64,000 nt of DNA from Candidatus Latescibacterota bacterium (GTDB taxonomy: Bacteria > Latescibacterota > UBA2968 > GCA-2709665). The position numbers were made by a program, and so were the translations under genes. The notes under the pieces were generated by a model. That model was not told where the DNA came from. It made no database searches and was given only the letters and a program-made list of their open reading frames with translations. This document shows positions 1 through 9,783 of the stretch, in pieces (the first letter of the stretch is position 1; every line of letters begins with the position of its first letter). Location of the stretch: positions 4,384,001-4,448,000 of the forward strand of contig OZ244744.1 of assembly GCA_965219455.1 (NCBI GenBank). The letters are read 5' to 3'.

Positions 1-965
1 GCAAAGGCACCCCCGAATGCGGCGCCGATGGCGGAACCGATGGCAGCAATTTCGTCTTCGGCCTGAAAGGTGCGCACGTCGAAGTTTTTCAAGGCGGCCA
101 GCGCTTCGAGCAGGGCGCTGGCGGGGGTGATGGGGTAGCTGCCGTAAAAGAGGGTCTGGCCGGCCTTGTGGGCCGCGGTGACGAAACCCATTGCGGTGGC
201 CTGGGCGCCGGTAACGGTCCGATACGTGCCGGGTTCGACCACGGCCTTGGGTACCTTGTATCGGAACTGGAACTGTTCGGTCGTTTCACCGTAGTTGTAT
301 CCGGCCTTCAAGGTCGTTACGTTGCCCTCGACGACATTGGGACGGCTGGCGAATTTCTCTTCCAGCATGCGGACCGTCGGTTCCAGCGGACGGTCGAAGA
401 TCCAATAGGCAAGGCCGAGTGCGAAGCAGTTTTTCATCATATTGATCTGCCGGTTGGACAGGCCTTCAATGTCGGCTACGGCCCTCTTGTGCAGGGCTGT
501 CAAAGGCACCTTGCATACGCGATAGTCGTTCAGCGATTCGTCTTCCAGCGGGTCGTTCTGGTAGCCGGCCTTGCGCAGGTTGTTTCGTGTAAAGCTATTC
601 GTATTGGTGATGACCACTCCCCCGCGCGGCAGATCCGGGAGGTTGGCCTTCAATGCGGCCGGATTCATGGCAACAAGCACCTGCGGCTCGTCTCCGGGAG
701 TGAAAATGTCTTCGCTGGAAATGCGAACCTGGAACCCGCTGATTCCCGGCAACGTGCCTGCGGGAGCGCGGATTTCGGCGGGGAAGTCCGGCATGGTGCT
801 GATGTCGTTGCCCACGATGGCGGATGTGTTTGCAAATTCCCCGCCAATAAACTGGCTGCCATCGCCCGAGTCGCCGGCAAATCGGACCGCAATGGACTCG
901 ACCTCGGTCAATTCGTCCAGTAAATCACCCTCTGCGTCAATTTCTTCGACGGCTGTTTCGGCCAT
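1..965 (-). CDS. korA: 2-oxoacid:acceptor oxidoreductase subunit alpha (3' end runs off window)
   Basis: Manual translation from ATG at 965 with GGAGG RBS: MAETAVEE...VRFAGDSGDGSQ...PDFPAEIRAPAGT...GSYPITPAS...QAEDEIAAIGSAIGAAFGG. Confidence 0.9.
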   Translation of the reverse strand, partial: MAETAVEEIDAEGDLLDELTEVESIAVRFAGDSGDGSQFIGGEFANTSAIVGNDISTMPDFPAEIRAPAGTLPGISGFQVRISSEDIFTPGDEPQVLVAMNPAALKANLPDLPRGGVVITNTNSFTRNNLRKAGYQNDPLEDESLNDYRVCKVPLTALHKRAVADIEGLSNRQINMMKNCFALGLAYWIFDRPLEPTVRMLEEKFASRPNVVEGNVTTLKAGYNYGETTEQFQFRYKVPKAVVEPGTYRTVTGAQATAMGFVTAAHKAGQTLFYGSYPITPASALLEALAALKNFDVRTFQAEDEIAAIGSAIGAAFGGAF

Positions 966-1021
966 CTGGATTAACCTCCCGGTTTTTTATGCTGCAGCTC
1001 TGGAGAAAAAGTATTTACCGG

Positions 1022-1489
1022 TTAAGCGCCGGCACGGGCTTTGGCAAACACGTCCGGCACGGGCGGCTGGTTGTAAATTTCCTGCGGAAAATAGTCGCAG
1101 ATGTATTTGATAATCGCATAATAGGTCAATGTACCCAGGACCTTGCCCTTCTCATTGGTAACCGGCATGTATCGGTACCGGTTCGAGGCGATCACCCTGG
1201 TGGCATCCAGGATGTTCGTGTCCGCGTCGATGGTTTCAGGGTTGGGCGTCATCAGGTTTTCGATCGGCGCATCGCTGCTCTGCGGGTCACGTGCCACCTT
1301 TTTCATGATATCGCGCTCGGTGAAGATGCCGACCAGCCGGCCGTGGTCCATCACCAGGGCGCATTTCCGATGACTGGCCTTCATCTTTTCGAGTACATCT
1401 CCGGCTCGCGTGCCTTTTTCGGTCTCGACGTAATACGAAAGGTCGACCTGGGTTATCAGAGCGGTTCGAATATCCACTTTCAGTTCCAT
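1022..1489 (-). CDS. CBS domain protein
   Basis: LVGIFTERDIMKKV and IENLMTPNPETI CBS-pair motifs; GGAGGAG RBS before MELKVD. Confidence 0.85.
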   Translation of the reverse strand: MELKVDIRTALITQVDLSYYVETEKGTRAGDVLEKMKASHRKCALVMDHGRLVGIFTERDIMKKVARDPQSSDAPIENLMTPNPETIDADTNILDATRVIASNRYRYMPVTNEKGKVLGTLTYYAIIKYICDYFPQEIYNQPPVPDVFAKARAGA

Positions 1490-1850
1490 CTGGCTCCTCC
1501 GGAATCGATGCCCTCGACCATGCCCCGCGCAGGCGACCACCGCCCGGTACGGCGCGATACGGATTTCCCGCTGGGCCGCAGGCTGGGTATCCCGCGCTCA
1601 ACAATAAGCCGGGCTTATCCGGTCTTAATATATGGTATTCAGGTTGTTATGGCAAGACGAATCCATTAGTTATTTTTGTTTAAGCTGCCCTCATACTGTA
1701 TTTTGGTTTATAGTGACATTCGGGATATACATCCATAAGCCGATCTGAATTTCCAGGTAAGAATGGGTTGAATAAACGCCACCTCCGCTTGTCGAATCCT
1801 GACCAGGAACTATTTGATCTCAGGAGATTTAACGTCTATATTGCAGCAGG

Positions 1851-1888
1851 GCTTCCAGGATCAGACGTTGCTTCCAGGATCAGACGTT
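1851..1888. repeat. Perfect 19-bp tandem duplication (gcttccaggatcagacgtt x2) in divergent intergenic region
   Basis: Direct reading of sequence. Confidence 0.9.
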
Positions 1889-2005
1889 GTCGATTCATGG
1901 GACAATGAATCGACCGCTTCGCGGAATCCTGTCTCACCGAGACCGTGCACCATTGCCTACCGATCACCGATCTTTCGCCATTCGGCGCGGCCAGGGAACC
2001 TCGAT

Positions 2006-3478
2006 ATGCGAGTTGGCATTCTCTCTTTGATCCACGAGTCCAATACGTTCATCTGTACGCCCACCACACTGGCGATGTTCAGGTCAGGTCGGATCCTGAT
2101 CGGAGACGAGGTGGCGGTGGCATTCAAGGATGGGCTGAACGAGGTCAGCGGTTTCCTGGAGGGTCTGGACGAGTCGGGTATCGAAGCCGTACCGCTCTTT
2201 TACGCCAGCACCGAGCCGTCCGGCCGGATTACGAACGAGACGTGCGACGCGCTCATGGGGATGATGTTTGAACAGGTCGAACACGCCGGGAAACTGGACG
2301 GCTGGCTCGTGGCGCCCCACGGAGCAAACGTGGGTGCGGGAGACGATTATTGGGACCTGGATGGATACTGGCTGTCCCGCCTGCGTCGCCTGGTAGGAGC
2401 AGAGACGCCCATAATCTGTACGATCGATCCGCACGCGAATCTGTCGGAGAGAATGGTTGCGGCCTGTGATGCGACCATCGCCTATCGCAGCAACCCGCAT
2501 CTGGATCAGAAGAAGGTGGGTCTGCAGGCGTCGCGGTTGATGGCGCGGACGCTTCGAGGCGAAGTAAAGCCCACGCAGGCCGCCGTGTTTCCCCCAATTG
2601 CGATCAATATTGAACGGCAATTGACGGGAGCGCCACCGTGCAGGGAAATGTACGAGCTGGCCGATGACCTCCTGAACCGGCCGGGCATGTTGTCGAATAG
2701 CATTGTGCTTGGATTCCCCTACGCGGACGTGCCGGAGATGGGTACTGCGATGATTGCGGTGACGGATGGAGATCCGGGCCTCGCGCAAGCCGTTGCCGGA
2801 GAACTCGCGGACCATCTCCACACCTTTCGCAAAGACTTCAGGGGTGAGTTTGTCGGCATCAGCGAAGCCGTCGACGCGGCGCTCGCCACGGAAGGCCCGG
2901 TCTGCCTGCTGGACATGGGAGACAATGCGGGTGGCGGGTCCGCCGCGGATGGGACGATGCTTGCTCACGAATTGCATCGGCGAGGGAACGCGAGGGCATT
3001 CGTGTGTCTGTACGACAGCGAGTCCGTATCGAAGGCGGCTGCGGCGGGGGTGGGCAACAGGGTGACGCTCCGGATGGGTGGAAAGACGGATGAATTGCAT
3101 GGGCCGCCGCTCGAGGCTCCTGTAACGGTTCGCGGCCTTTATGACGGCCGGTTTCGGGAGTCCGAGATTCGCCACGGCGGGCGGACGGCGTTCGACATGG
3201 GTCAGACGGCCGTGGTGGACACGGATACGGGTCTGACATTCAGCCTCACGTCCCGGCGGGTCGTACCGGTGAGTCTGGGTCTGATGACGAGTTGCGATCT
3301 GCGTCCGGACGCGTTCGACGTTATCGTCGCCAAGGGGGTGCATGCGCCCGTGGCGGCGTACGCGCCGGTGTGCAAGCGCCTGATACGCGTGGATACGCCC
3401 GGCGCAACGGCGGCGGATATGCGAAAATTCGAATTCAGCCATCGCAGGCGGCCCCTGTATCCGTTCGAAGAGATTTAG
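2006..3478 (+). CDS. M81 family metallopeptidase (MlrC-like)
   Basis: MRVGILSLIHESNTF N-terminus, HGA, DPHAN, YRSNPHLD, DMGDNAGGG and C-terminal RRPLYPFE motifs. Confidence 0.9.
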   Translation: MRVGILSLIHESNTFICTPTTLAMFRSGRILIGDEVAVAFKDGLNEVSGFLEGLDESGIEAVPLFYASTEPSGRITNETCDALMGMMFEQVEHAGKLDGWLVAPHGANVGAGDDYWDLDGYWLSRLRRLVGAETPIICTIDPHANLSERMVAACDATIAYRSNPHLDQKKVGLQASRLMARTLRGEVKPTQAAVFPPIAINIERQLTGAPPCREMYELADDLLNRPGMLSNSIVLGFPYADVPEMGTAMIAVTDGDPGLAQAVAGELADHLHTFRKDFRGEFVGISEAVDAALATEGPVCLLDMGDNAGGGSAADGTMLAHELHRRGNARAFVCLYDSESVSKAAAAGVGNRVTLRMGGKTDELHGPPLEAPVTVRGLYDGRFRESEIRHGGRTAFDMGQTAVVDTDTGLTFSLTSRRVVPVSLGLMTSCDLRPDAFDVIVAKGVHAPVAAYAPVCKRLIRVDTPGATAADMRKFEFSHRRRPLYPFEEI

Positions 3479-3692
3479 TCAACTTGCGTCAAATCGACAT
3501 GGTGACGATTTGGTGTCGTACGTCTCAATCCAGCCGAAGCATGGACATTGCTTGCGTCGAGCCGGTCGACACGGCTTGCCGGAGCGCGTTCATTGAGCAT
3601 GTCGAAATGCCCGCGCGTCGGCAAACCCCGTATCGCAAAGCTGTATCCGAGATCGGTATTTGTCGAATAACTTCACGAAAGGAGGATGGTCC

Positions 3693-4466
3693 GTGTCCTT
3701 TCTATTCGAAGAGATGACCCGGGAGGAGATTCGGGAGGTTGCGCCCTCGGCCACGGCGATCCTGCCCACGGCGGCCATTGAGCAGCACGGACCTCACCTG
3801 CCTGTATGTACGGATACCGTTCTTTGCGGGACGGTTGCGCGCGAGGCCGCGGCGCGTGCAAACGAACATGCACCGGTTGTGGTGGCCCCCACGCTGCAAT
3901 TCGGCAACTCCCATCATCACTATCCGTTTCCGGGGGTCCTGTCTTTCAAGACGACCACGTTCGTCGAAGCCGTGAAGGACGTTCTGGAGGGCCTCGTGCG
4001 AAGCGGATTCAAACGGCTCGTGGTCTTGAACGGCCACGGGGGGAATTCGAACCCGAACGGACTCGTGGGGCAGGACTTCGTGAATCGCCTGGGCAATCCG
4101 GCCGCCGTGGCTACCGGCGATTACTGGAATATTGCCCGCGAGGCGCTCACCGATGTCATGCCGTCCAAGCTCATCCCGGGCCATGCAGGGCGATTCGAGG
4201 CGGCGATGATGATGGCGGTTCGGCCTGACCTGGTGAACAGGGAGGCGCTGGCCGAGATGAGCGGACAGGTGCACGACGATGCCGGCCTGGACGTGGGCCT
4301 CTCGGGCGCCGTGGTCCAGGTTCACGGTGAATGGCAGTCGGGTGTGGGCTACACGGACAACCCGGCGGAGGCGACCGAAGAGGAGGGGCGTGCGATGCTG
4401 GAGATTATCGTACGCGGGGTGTCCGACTTCTTCGTTGCGTTCCATCGGAGCGGACATCCCAAATGA
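3693..4466 (+). CDS. Creatininase/creatinine amidohydrolase family protein
   Basis: EQHGPHLPVCTD, SHHH..FPG, LNGHGGN and GHAGRFE motifs; GGAGG RBS before GTG. Confidence 0.9.
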   Translation: MSFLFEEMTREEIREVAPSATAILPTAAIEQHGPHLPVCTDTVLCGTVAREAAARANEHAPVVVAPTLQFGNSHHHYPFPGVLSFKTTTFVEAVKDVLEGLVRSGFKRLVVLNGHGGNSNPNGLVGQDFVNRLGNPAAVATGDYWNIAREALTDVMPSKLIPGHAGRFEAAMMMAVRPDLVNREALAEMSGQVHDDAGLDVGLSGAVVQVHGEWQSGVGYTDNPAEATEEEGRAMLEIIVRGVSDFFVAFHRSGHPK

Positions 4467-4490
4467 TCGCGCACGAAAATAAAAAATTTC

Positions 4491-4520
4491 AAAGGCGCCC
4501 TGTACCTCGGGGCGCCTTTT
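4491..4520. terminator. Probable bidirectional intrinsic terminator between convergent genes
   Basis: aaaggcgccc-tgtacctcg-gggcgcctttt stem-loop flanked by A and T runs. Confidence 0.7.
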
Positions 4521-4573
4521 CCGTGACTGTGCAGACTTCTACCGAGGCATTCCTCGGCGCCTGTCCCGGCGGC

Positions 4574-6622
4574 TCATCCACCCTGGCCGAAGCTGCGTGC
4601 GAAGATCACGTAATCGTTGAACCCGACGGTGCCGTCGCTGTCCAGATCGAAGCGCGCGTCAAATCCGGCGTCGTCCTGGCTCTGACCGAACTGCGACGCA
4701 AACTGCAAGAAGTCGGGGAAACCCACAGTGCCGTCCCCGTCAAAGTCGCCAGCAAGGGTTTGAGGTGCGACATACGGCGAAACATTCCACAGTAGAATCG
4801 TGCCGTCGTAACTGCAGCTTGCCAGGATCTGCCCATCCGGCGAGAACGCCAACGAAAGGATTATCCACGTATGTCCTGTAAGAACACCTATTTCCTGCCA
4901 GGTGTCCACGTCCCAAAGCAGCATTTTGTTGTCGTGACTGGCGCTTACCAGCGTTCTCCCATCAGGTGAGAACGCCACCGACTCGACACTCCGCTCATGT
5001 CCTGTGAGGGTGTGTTTTTCCCGCCCTGTGGCCACGTCCCACAACCGCACCGTATTGTCACGACCTGCGCTGGCCACTGTCATCCCATCCGGCGAAAACA
5101 CCACGGAAGTGACCCAGGACGTATGTCCTGTGAGGGTGCTTTGTTCCTGCCCCGTGGCCACGTCCCACAACCGCACCGTATCATCATCACTGCCGCTTGC
5201 CAGGGTGGTCCCATCCGGCGAAAACGCCACCGACCTCACCCCATCGGTATGTTCTGTGAGGATGTGCTTTTCCTGCCCTGTGGCCACGTCCCACAACCGC
5301 ACCGTATTGTCACGACCTGCGCTGGCCACTGTCATCCCATCCGGCGAAAACGCCACCGAGGTGACCCCACGTGTGTGGCCTGTGAGAGTGCTTTTTCCCT
5401 CCCCCGTCGCCACGTCCCACAACCGCACATCAGTGCCGCCGCTTGCCAGCATCGTCCCATCGGGCGAAAACGCCACCGACCTGAGCCTGCCGACGTCCCC
5501 TCCGAGTGTGCTTTTTTTCTGCCAGGTGGTCACGTCCCACAGTCGTATCGTACCGTCGTTATTGGCGCCTGCCACCGTGGTCCCATCCGGCGAAAACGCC
5601 ACCGACCAGACAAAAGGCGTGTGTCCCGTGATAGTGCCTTTTTCCTGCCCCGTTGCGACGTCCCACACCCGCACCGTGTTATCACCACTGCCGCTTGCCA
5701 GGGTCATCCCATCCGGCGAAAACGCCACCGAGTTGACCCCACGTGTGTGGCCTGTGAGGATGCCTTTCTTCTGTCGGGTGGCCATATCCCACAACCACAC
5801 CGTACGGTCTGTACTGCCGCTTGCCAGCGTGGTCCCGTCGGGCGAAAACACCACCGAACGGACCCAATGGGGATGTCCTGTGAGGGTGTGTCTTACCTGC
5901 CCTGTGGCCACGTCCCACAACCGCACCGTACTGTCATTGCTGGCGCTTGCCAATGTCGTCCCATCCGGCGAAAACGCCACCGAATTGACAAACCACCTAT
6001 GTCCCGTCAGGGTGTGTTTTGCCTGCCCTGTGGCCACGTCCCACAGCCGCGCCGTACTGTCTTCACTGGCGCTTGCCAATGTCGTCCCATCCGGCGAGAA
6101 CACCACCGACCTGAGCCTCCGGGTATGCCCGCTCAGAGTGCTTTTCTCCTGCCCTGTGGCCACGTCCCACAACCGCACCTCGTTCGAATAACCGACGCTT
6201 GCCACCGTCGTTCCATCCGGTGAAAACGCCACCGACGTGACTGAGCCAGAATGCGCTTTGGTAGAGCTTTTCTCTTGTCCGGTGGCCGCGTCCCACAACC
6301 GCATGGTACCATCGTGACCGGCGCTGGCCAGCATCGACCCATCCGTCGAATACACCACATGATTGACTCTTCTCGTATGGCCTGTGAGCAGCGAAATTTC
6401 ATCACCTGTCTGGGCATCGTAGAGCCAGATGCCGGCGGTGCCCCCCACGGCCAGGCGCGTGCCGTCCGGCGACCAGGTGACGTCGCGCACGTCTCCTTTG
6501 CCCAGCCGCACGAGCGCTCCATCGGGCAAACTCCAGCGATTGTAGTCCTGTGCGCGGATGTTCTGTGCATATAGAGCAGCTGTCAAAATTAGAGTGACGC
6601 TCAAAATCGTTGACCTATTCAT
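4574..6622 (-). CDS. Secreted WD40-repeat protein (14 blades) with C-terminal dockerin/EF-hand-like domain, copy 1
   Basis: Signal peptide ending IRA-QD; 14 [22 protein letters not shown] repeats; DFDGDGTVGFPDF...FDLDSDGTVGFND. Confidence 0.92.
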   Translation of the reverse strand: MNRSTILSVTLILTAALYAQNIRAQDYNRWSLPDGALVRLGKGDVRDVTWSPDGTRLAVGGTAGIWLYDAQTGDEISLLTGHTRRVNHVVYSTDGSMLASAGHDGTMRLWDAATGQEKSSTKAHSGSVTSVAFSPDGTTVASVGYSNEVRLWDVATGQEKSTLSGHTRRLRSVVFSPDGTTLASASEDSTARLWDVATGQAKHTLTGHRWFVNSVAFSPDGTTLASASNDSTVRLWDVATGQVRHTLTGHPHWVRSVVFSPDGTTLASGSTDRTVWLWDMATRQKKGILTGHTRGVNSVAFSPDGMTLASGSGDNTVRVWDVATGQEKGTITGHTPFVWSVAFSPDGTTVAGANNDGTIRLWDVTTWQKKSTLGGDVGRLRSVAFSPDGTMLASGGTDVRLWDVATGEGKSTLTGHTRGVTSVAFSPDGMTVASAGRDNTVRLWDVATGQEKHILTEHTDGVRSVAFSPDGTTLASGSDDDTVRLWDVATGQEQSTLTGHTSWVTSVVFSPDGMTVASAGRDNTVRLWDVATGREKHTLTGHERSVESVAFSPDGRTLVSASHDNKMLLWDVDTWQEIGVLTGHTWIILSLAFSPDGQILASCSYDGTILLWNVSPYVAPQTLAGDFDGDGTVGFPDFLQFASQFGQSQDDAGFDARFDLDSDGTVGFNDYVIFARSFGQGG

Positions 6623-7155
6623 CTGTACCCCCCTGACTAAGATTGACCGTGATTAACTATGATTACGATGATGGACTGTGATTAGACGACATGTAGACAC
6701 TGTGATTGATGTGGTCTTTGTGATGACCTGGAGCGAGGGATCGAGATTTATAGAGAGCTGGTGAACATTGCTCGATTACGCATGCCGCGCAACGTGGAAT
6801 TTCGGCACTTGCTCCGAGACGTAGTCTCTCACGTAGGGGTACTGCGGTCAGACGTTTAACAATGTGGATTCCAAAAACACCCCCTTTCAGAACGCGATCA
6901 GATCCGTGGCCGGCATTAACCACTTGTACAGGCGATCATCGCGTTAAAGTAGACGTACGACGGCCAGACATTTATCGGCGTGGTTTCCAGTTATCACCTC
7001 CTTTCCGAACGCGGCCAAGTTGGGTGATCGATGGAGTGTCAAAGCAGAGGTCGGTCAGAGTTTTTACTCTCATACCAGGAACCCGACCAAAGGGGGCGGG
7101 TTCCTGGCCCTAATGCAGACCTGGCGCGACCTGTTTCTGACAGGGCGGGTTCGCC
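6623..7155 (-). promoter_or_regulatory. Conserved intergenic/leader element of the WD40 array (long form)
   Basis: Homologous to 9247-9783, 11860-12393 and 23151-23687; shorter forms at 14470-14815, 27499-27853, 16997-17157, 20799-20954, 25265-25425; interrupted form at 32187-33150. Confidence 0.7.
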
Positions 7156-9246
7156 TCAGGTTCCCCGGCCGAAGCTTTTTCCGAAGATCCACCAATCGGC
7201 GGAACCGACCTCACCGTCGCCGTCCAGATCGAAGCGCGCGTCATATCCCGCATCTCCCCAGCGCAGCCCGTAATTCGCGATGAATTGCAGAAAGTCGGAA
7301 AAGCTCACGGACCCGTCGCCGTCGAAGTCGGCAGCAAGGGGTTGCAGTATGGCACGTGAAGACACATCCCACAGCAGAATCGTACCGTCGTAACTGCCGC
7401 TTGCCAGCGTTGTCCCATCAGGCGAAAACACCACCGAATAGATCGGACCGGTGTGTCCTGTGAGGGTGCGTATATCCTGCCCTGAGGCTACGTCCCACAA
7501 CCACACCGCCTTGTACGGACTACAGGTTGCCAGCGTGGTCCCATCCGGCGAAAACGCCACCGACCAGAAATTATCGCCGCCTGTGAGGGCACGCAAATGC
7601 TGCCCAGTGGCTGCGTCCCACAACCGCACCGTACCCCTGATATCTGCGCTTGCCAGCGTTGCCCCATCGGGGGAAAACGCCACCCCCTGGATCCCCTGGG
7701 TATGTTCTGTGAGGGTGATTTTTTCTTGCCCGGTTGCCGGATCCCACAATCGCACCGTTTGGTCGTGACTTGCGCTTGCCAGGGTCTGACCATCGGGGGA
7801 AAACGCCACCGAAGCGACATCATCGGTATGTGCTGTGAGGGTATATTTCTCCTGTCCTGTGGTCACGTCCCACACCCTCACCGTTTCATCCCGATAGCCG
7901 CCACCACTTGCCAGGGTCGACCCATCCGGCGAAAACGCCACAGTCCTCACGGTGCCCGTATGTCCTTTGAGGGTGTCTTTCTCGTGCCCTGTGGCCGCGT
8001 CCCACAACCGCACCGTTTCATCCCGATAGCCGGCACCACTTGCCAGGGTCGACCCATCCGGCGAAAACGCGACCGAATTGACCCAACGGGTATGTCCCGT
8101 GAAGGTGCGTATATCCAACCCGGTGACGACGTCCCACAACCGGACCATGCGGTCGTTTCCGCCGCTTGCCAGCATCGTCCCGTCCGGTGAATATGCAACC
8201 GACCGGACGACGGAGGTATGTCCTGTAAGGGTGAGGGTGCTATTCTCCTGCCCCGTTTCCGCGTCCCACTGTCGCACCTCATTGTCGAAACCGCGGCTCG
8301 CCAGGGACATCCCGTCCTGCGAATACGCAACCGACGGGACACTGGACGTATGTCCTGTGAGGGTGTGTTTCTCGTGCCCTGTGGCCGCGTCCCACAACCG
8401 GACCGTACTGTCCCGACTCGCGCTTGCCAGCGTCGTTCCATCGGGCGAAAACACCACCGAATACACCCAATGGGTATGCCCGTCCAGGGTGGACTTTTCC
8501 TGTCCCGTTTCCACGTCCCACAACCGCACCGTACTGTCCCGACTCCCACTGGCCAGCGTCATTCCGTCCGGCGAAAAAGCCACCGACCAGACCTCATGGG
8601 TATGTGCTGTGAGCGTGTGTTCTTCCTGCCCTGAGTTCACGTCCCACACCCGCACGGTACTGTCCCGGCTGGCGCTTGCCAGCGTCGCTCCATCGGGCGA
8701 AAACACCACCGACACGACCCAGGGGTTATTCAACCTACCCCGGTACTCTTCATTGACGAGGGTGCTTCTCTCCTGCCCTGTTTCCACGTCCCACACCCGC
8801 ACCGTGCCGTCGCGACTGCCGCTTGCCAGCGTCGTCCCATCCGGCGAGAATGCCACCGCCTCAACGTCGTACCTGTGTCCCGTGAGGATGCTTTTTTCCT
8901 GTCCGGTTGCGACGTCCCACAACCGTGCCGTATCGTCCCGGCTGCCGCTTGCCAGCGTCAGACCGTCGGGCGAAAACGCAATCCCATTGACTCTGAACGA
9001 ATGTCCCGTGATCAGGGAAACTTCCTCCCCCGTGCGGGCATCGTAGAGCCAGATGCCGGCGGTGCCCCCCAAGGCCAGGAGCGTCCGGTCCGGTGACCAG
9101 GCCACGTCGAGCACGTAGCCTTTGCCCAGCCGCATGCGGGCGCCTTCGGGCAAGCTCCAGCGATTGTAGTCCTGTGCGTGGCTGTCCTGGGCGATCAAGA
9201 CGGCCGTCAACAGAATGAGGGTGCAAGAAATCGTCCGTTTTTTCAT
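7156..9246 (-). CDS. Secreted WD40-repeat protein with dockerin/EF-hand-like tail, copy 2
   Basis: GGGAGG RBS, MKKRTISC signal peptide, WD40 repeats, [14 protein letters not shown]...DLDGDGEVGSADWW. Confidence 0.92.
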   Translation of the reverse strand: MKKRTISCTLILLTAVLIAQDSHAQDYNRWSLPEGARMRLGKGYVLDVAWSPDRTLLALGGTAGIWLYDARTGEEVSLITGHSFRVNGIAFSPDGLTLASGSRDDTARLWDVATGQEKSILTGHRYDVEAVAFSPDGTTLASGSRDGTVRVWDVETGQERSTLVNEEYRGRLNNPWVVSVVFSPDGATLASASRDSTVRVWDVNSGQEEHTLTAHTHEVWSVAFSPDGMTLASGSRDSTVRLWDVETGQEKSTLDGHTHWVYSVVFSPDGTTLASASRDSTVRLWDAATGHEKHTLTGHTSSVPSVAYSQDGMSLASRGFDNEVRQWDAETGQENSTLTLTGHTSVVRSVAYSPDGTMLASGGNDRMVRLWDVVTGLDIRTFTGHTRWVNSVAFSPDGSTLASGAGYRDETVRLWDAATGHEKDTLKGHTGTVRTVAFSPDGSTLASGGGYRDETVRVWDVTTGQEKYTLTAHTDDVASVAFSPDGQTLASASHDQTVRLWDPATGQEKITLTEHTQGIQGVAFSPDGATLASADIRGTVRLWDAATGQHLRALTGGDNFWSVAFSPDGTTLATCSPYKAVWLWDVASGQDIRTLTGHTGPIYSVVFSPDGTTLASGSYDGTILLWDVSSRAILQPLAADFDGDGSVSFSDFLQFIANYGLRWGDAGYDARFDLDGDGEVGSADWWIFGKSFGRGT

Positions 9247-9783
9247 TTGATAATCCTCCCTGACAATCACAAACTGTGTTTGTTCGGATTAACTACGATT
9301 AAAACCGCACGGAGAATCTGTGACTGATGTGGCAACTTAAATGCCTTGGAGCGAGTGATGGCGTTATCGAAATACCGGTTTTTGTCGTTCGGAGGAATAG
9401 CTCCTCCGCTTAGCAGTGTCACGTTTCATTTCAGCACCTGCTCCGAGACGTAGTCTCTCACTTAAACGTACAGCGGTGAGAGGTTTAACGACGTGGATTC
9501 CGATATCACCTCCTTTCAGAACGCGGACAGAACCGCGACCGGCATTAGCCACGTGTACAGGCGATCATCGCGTTAAAGTAGACGTACGACGGACAGACGT
9601 TTATCAGCGTGGATTCCGATATCACCTCCTTCCCAGACGCGGTCAGATTGGGTGATCGATGGAATGTCAAAACAGGAGTCCGTCAAGGATTTGACTCTCA
9701 TGCCGGAAACCCGCCCGAAGGGGGTGGGTTCCCGGCCCTAATGCAGACCTTGCGCGACCTGTTTCTGACAGGGCGGGTTCGCC

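Noticed and set aside
6628-6633. Poly-C/G tract phase variation at the RBS
   Set aside because: The tracts are only 6 bp, constant among the copies that have them, and explained as G-rich RBSs.
6805-6835. gagagactac on the minus strand resembling the group I intron R element, or a known riboswitch
   Set aside because: No matching S element or other core motifs, and no SAM, cobalamin, glycine or c-di-GMP consensus recognised; an Rfam search is needed to exclude fully.
9505-9516. 16S rRNA 3'-end fragment
   Set aside because: Only the 11-12-nt anti-SD matches; no upstream 16S helix 44/45 sequence.
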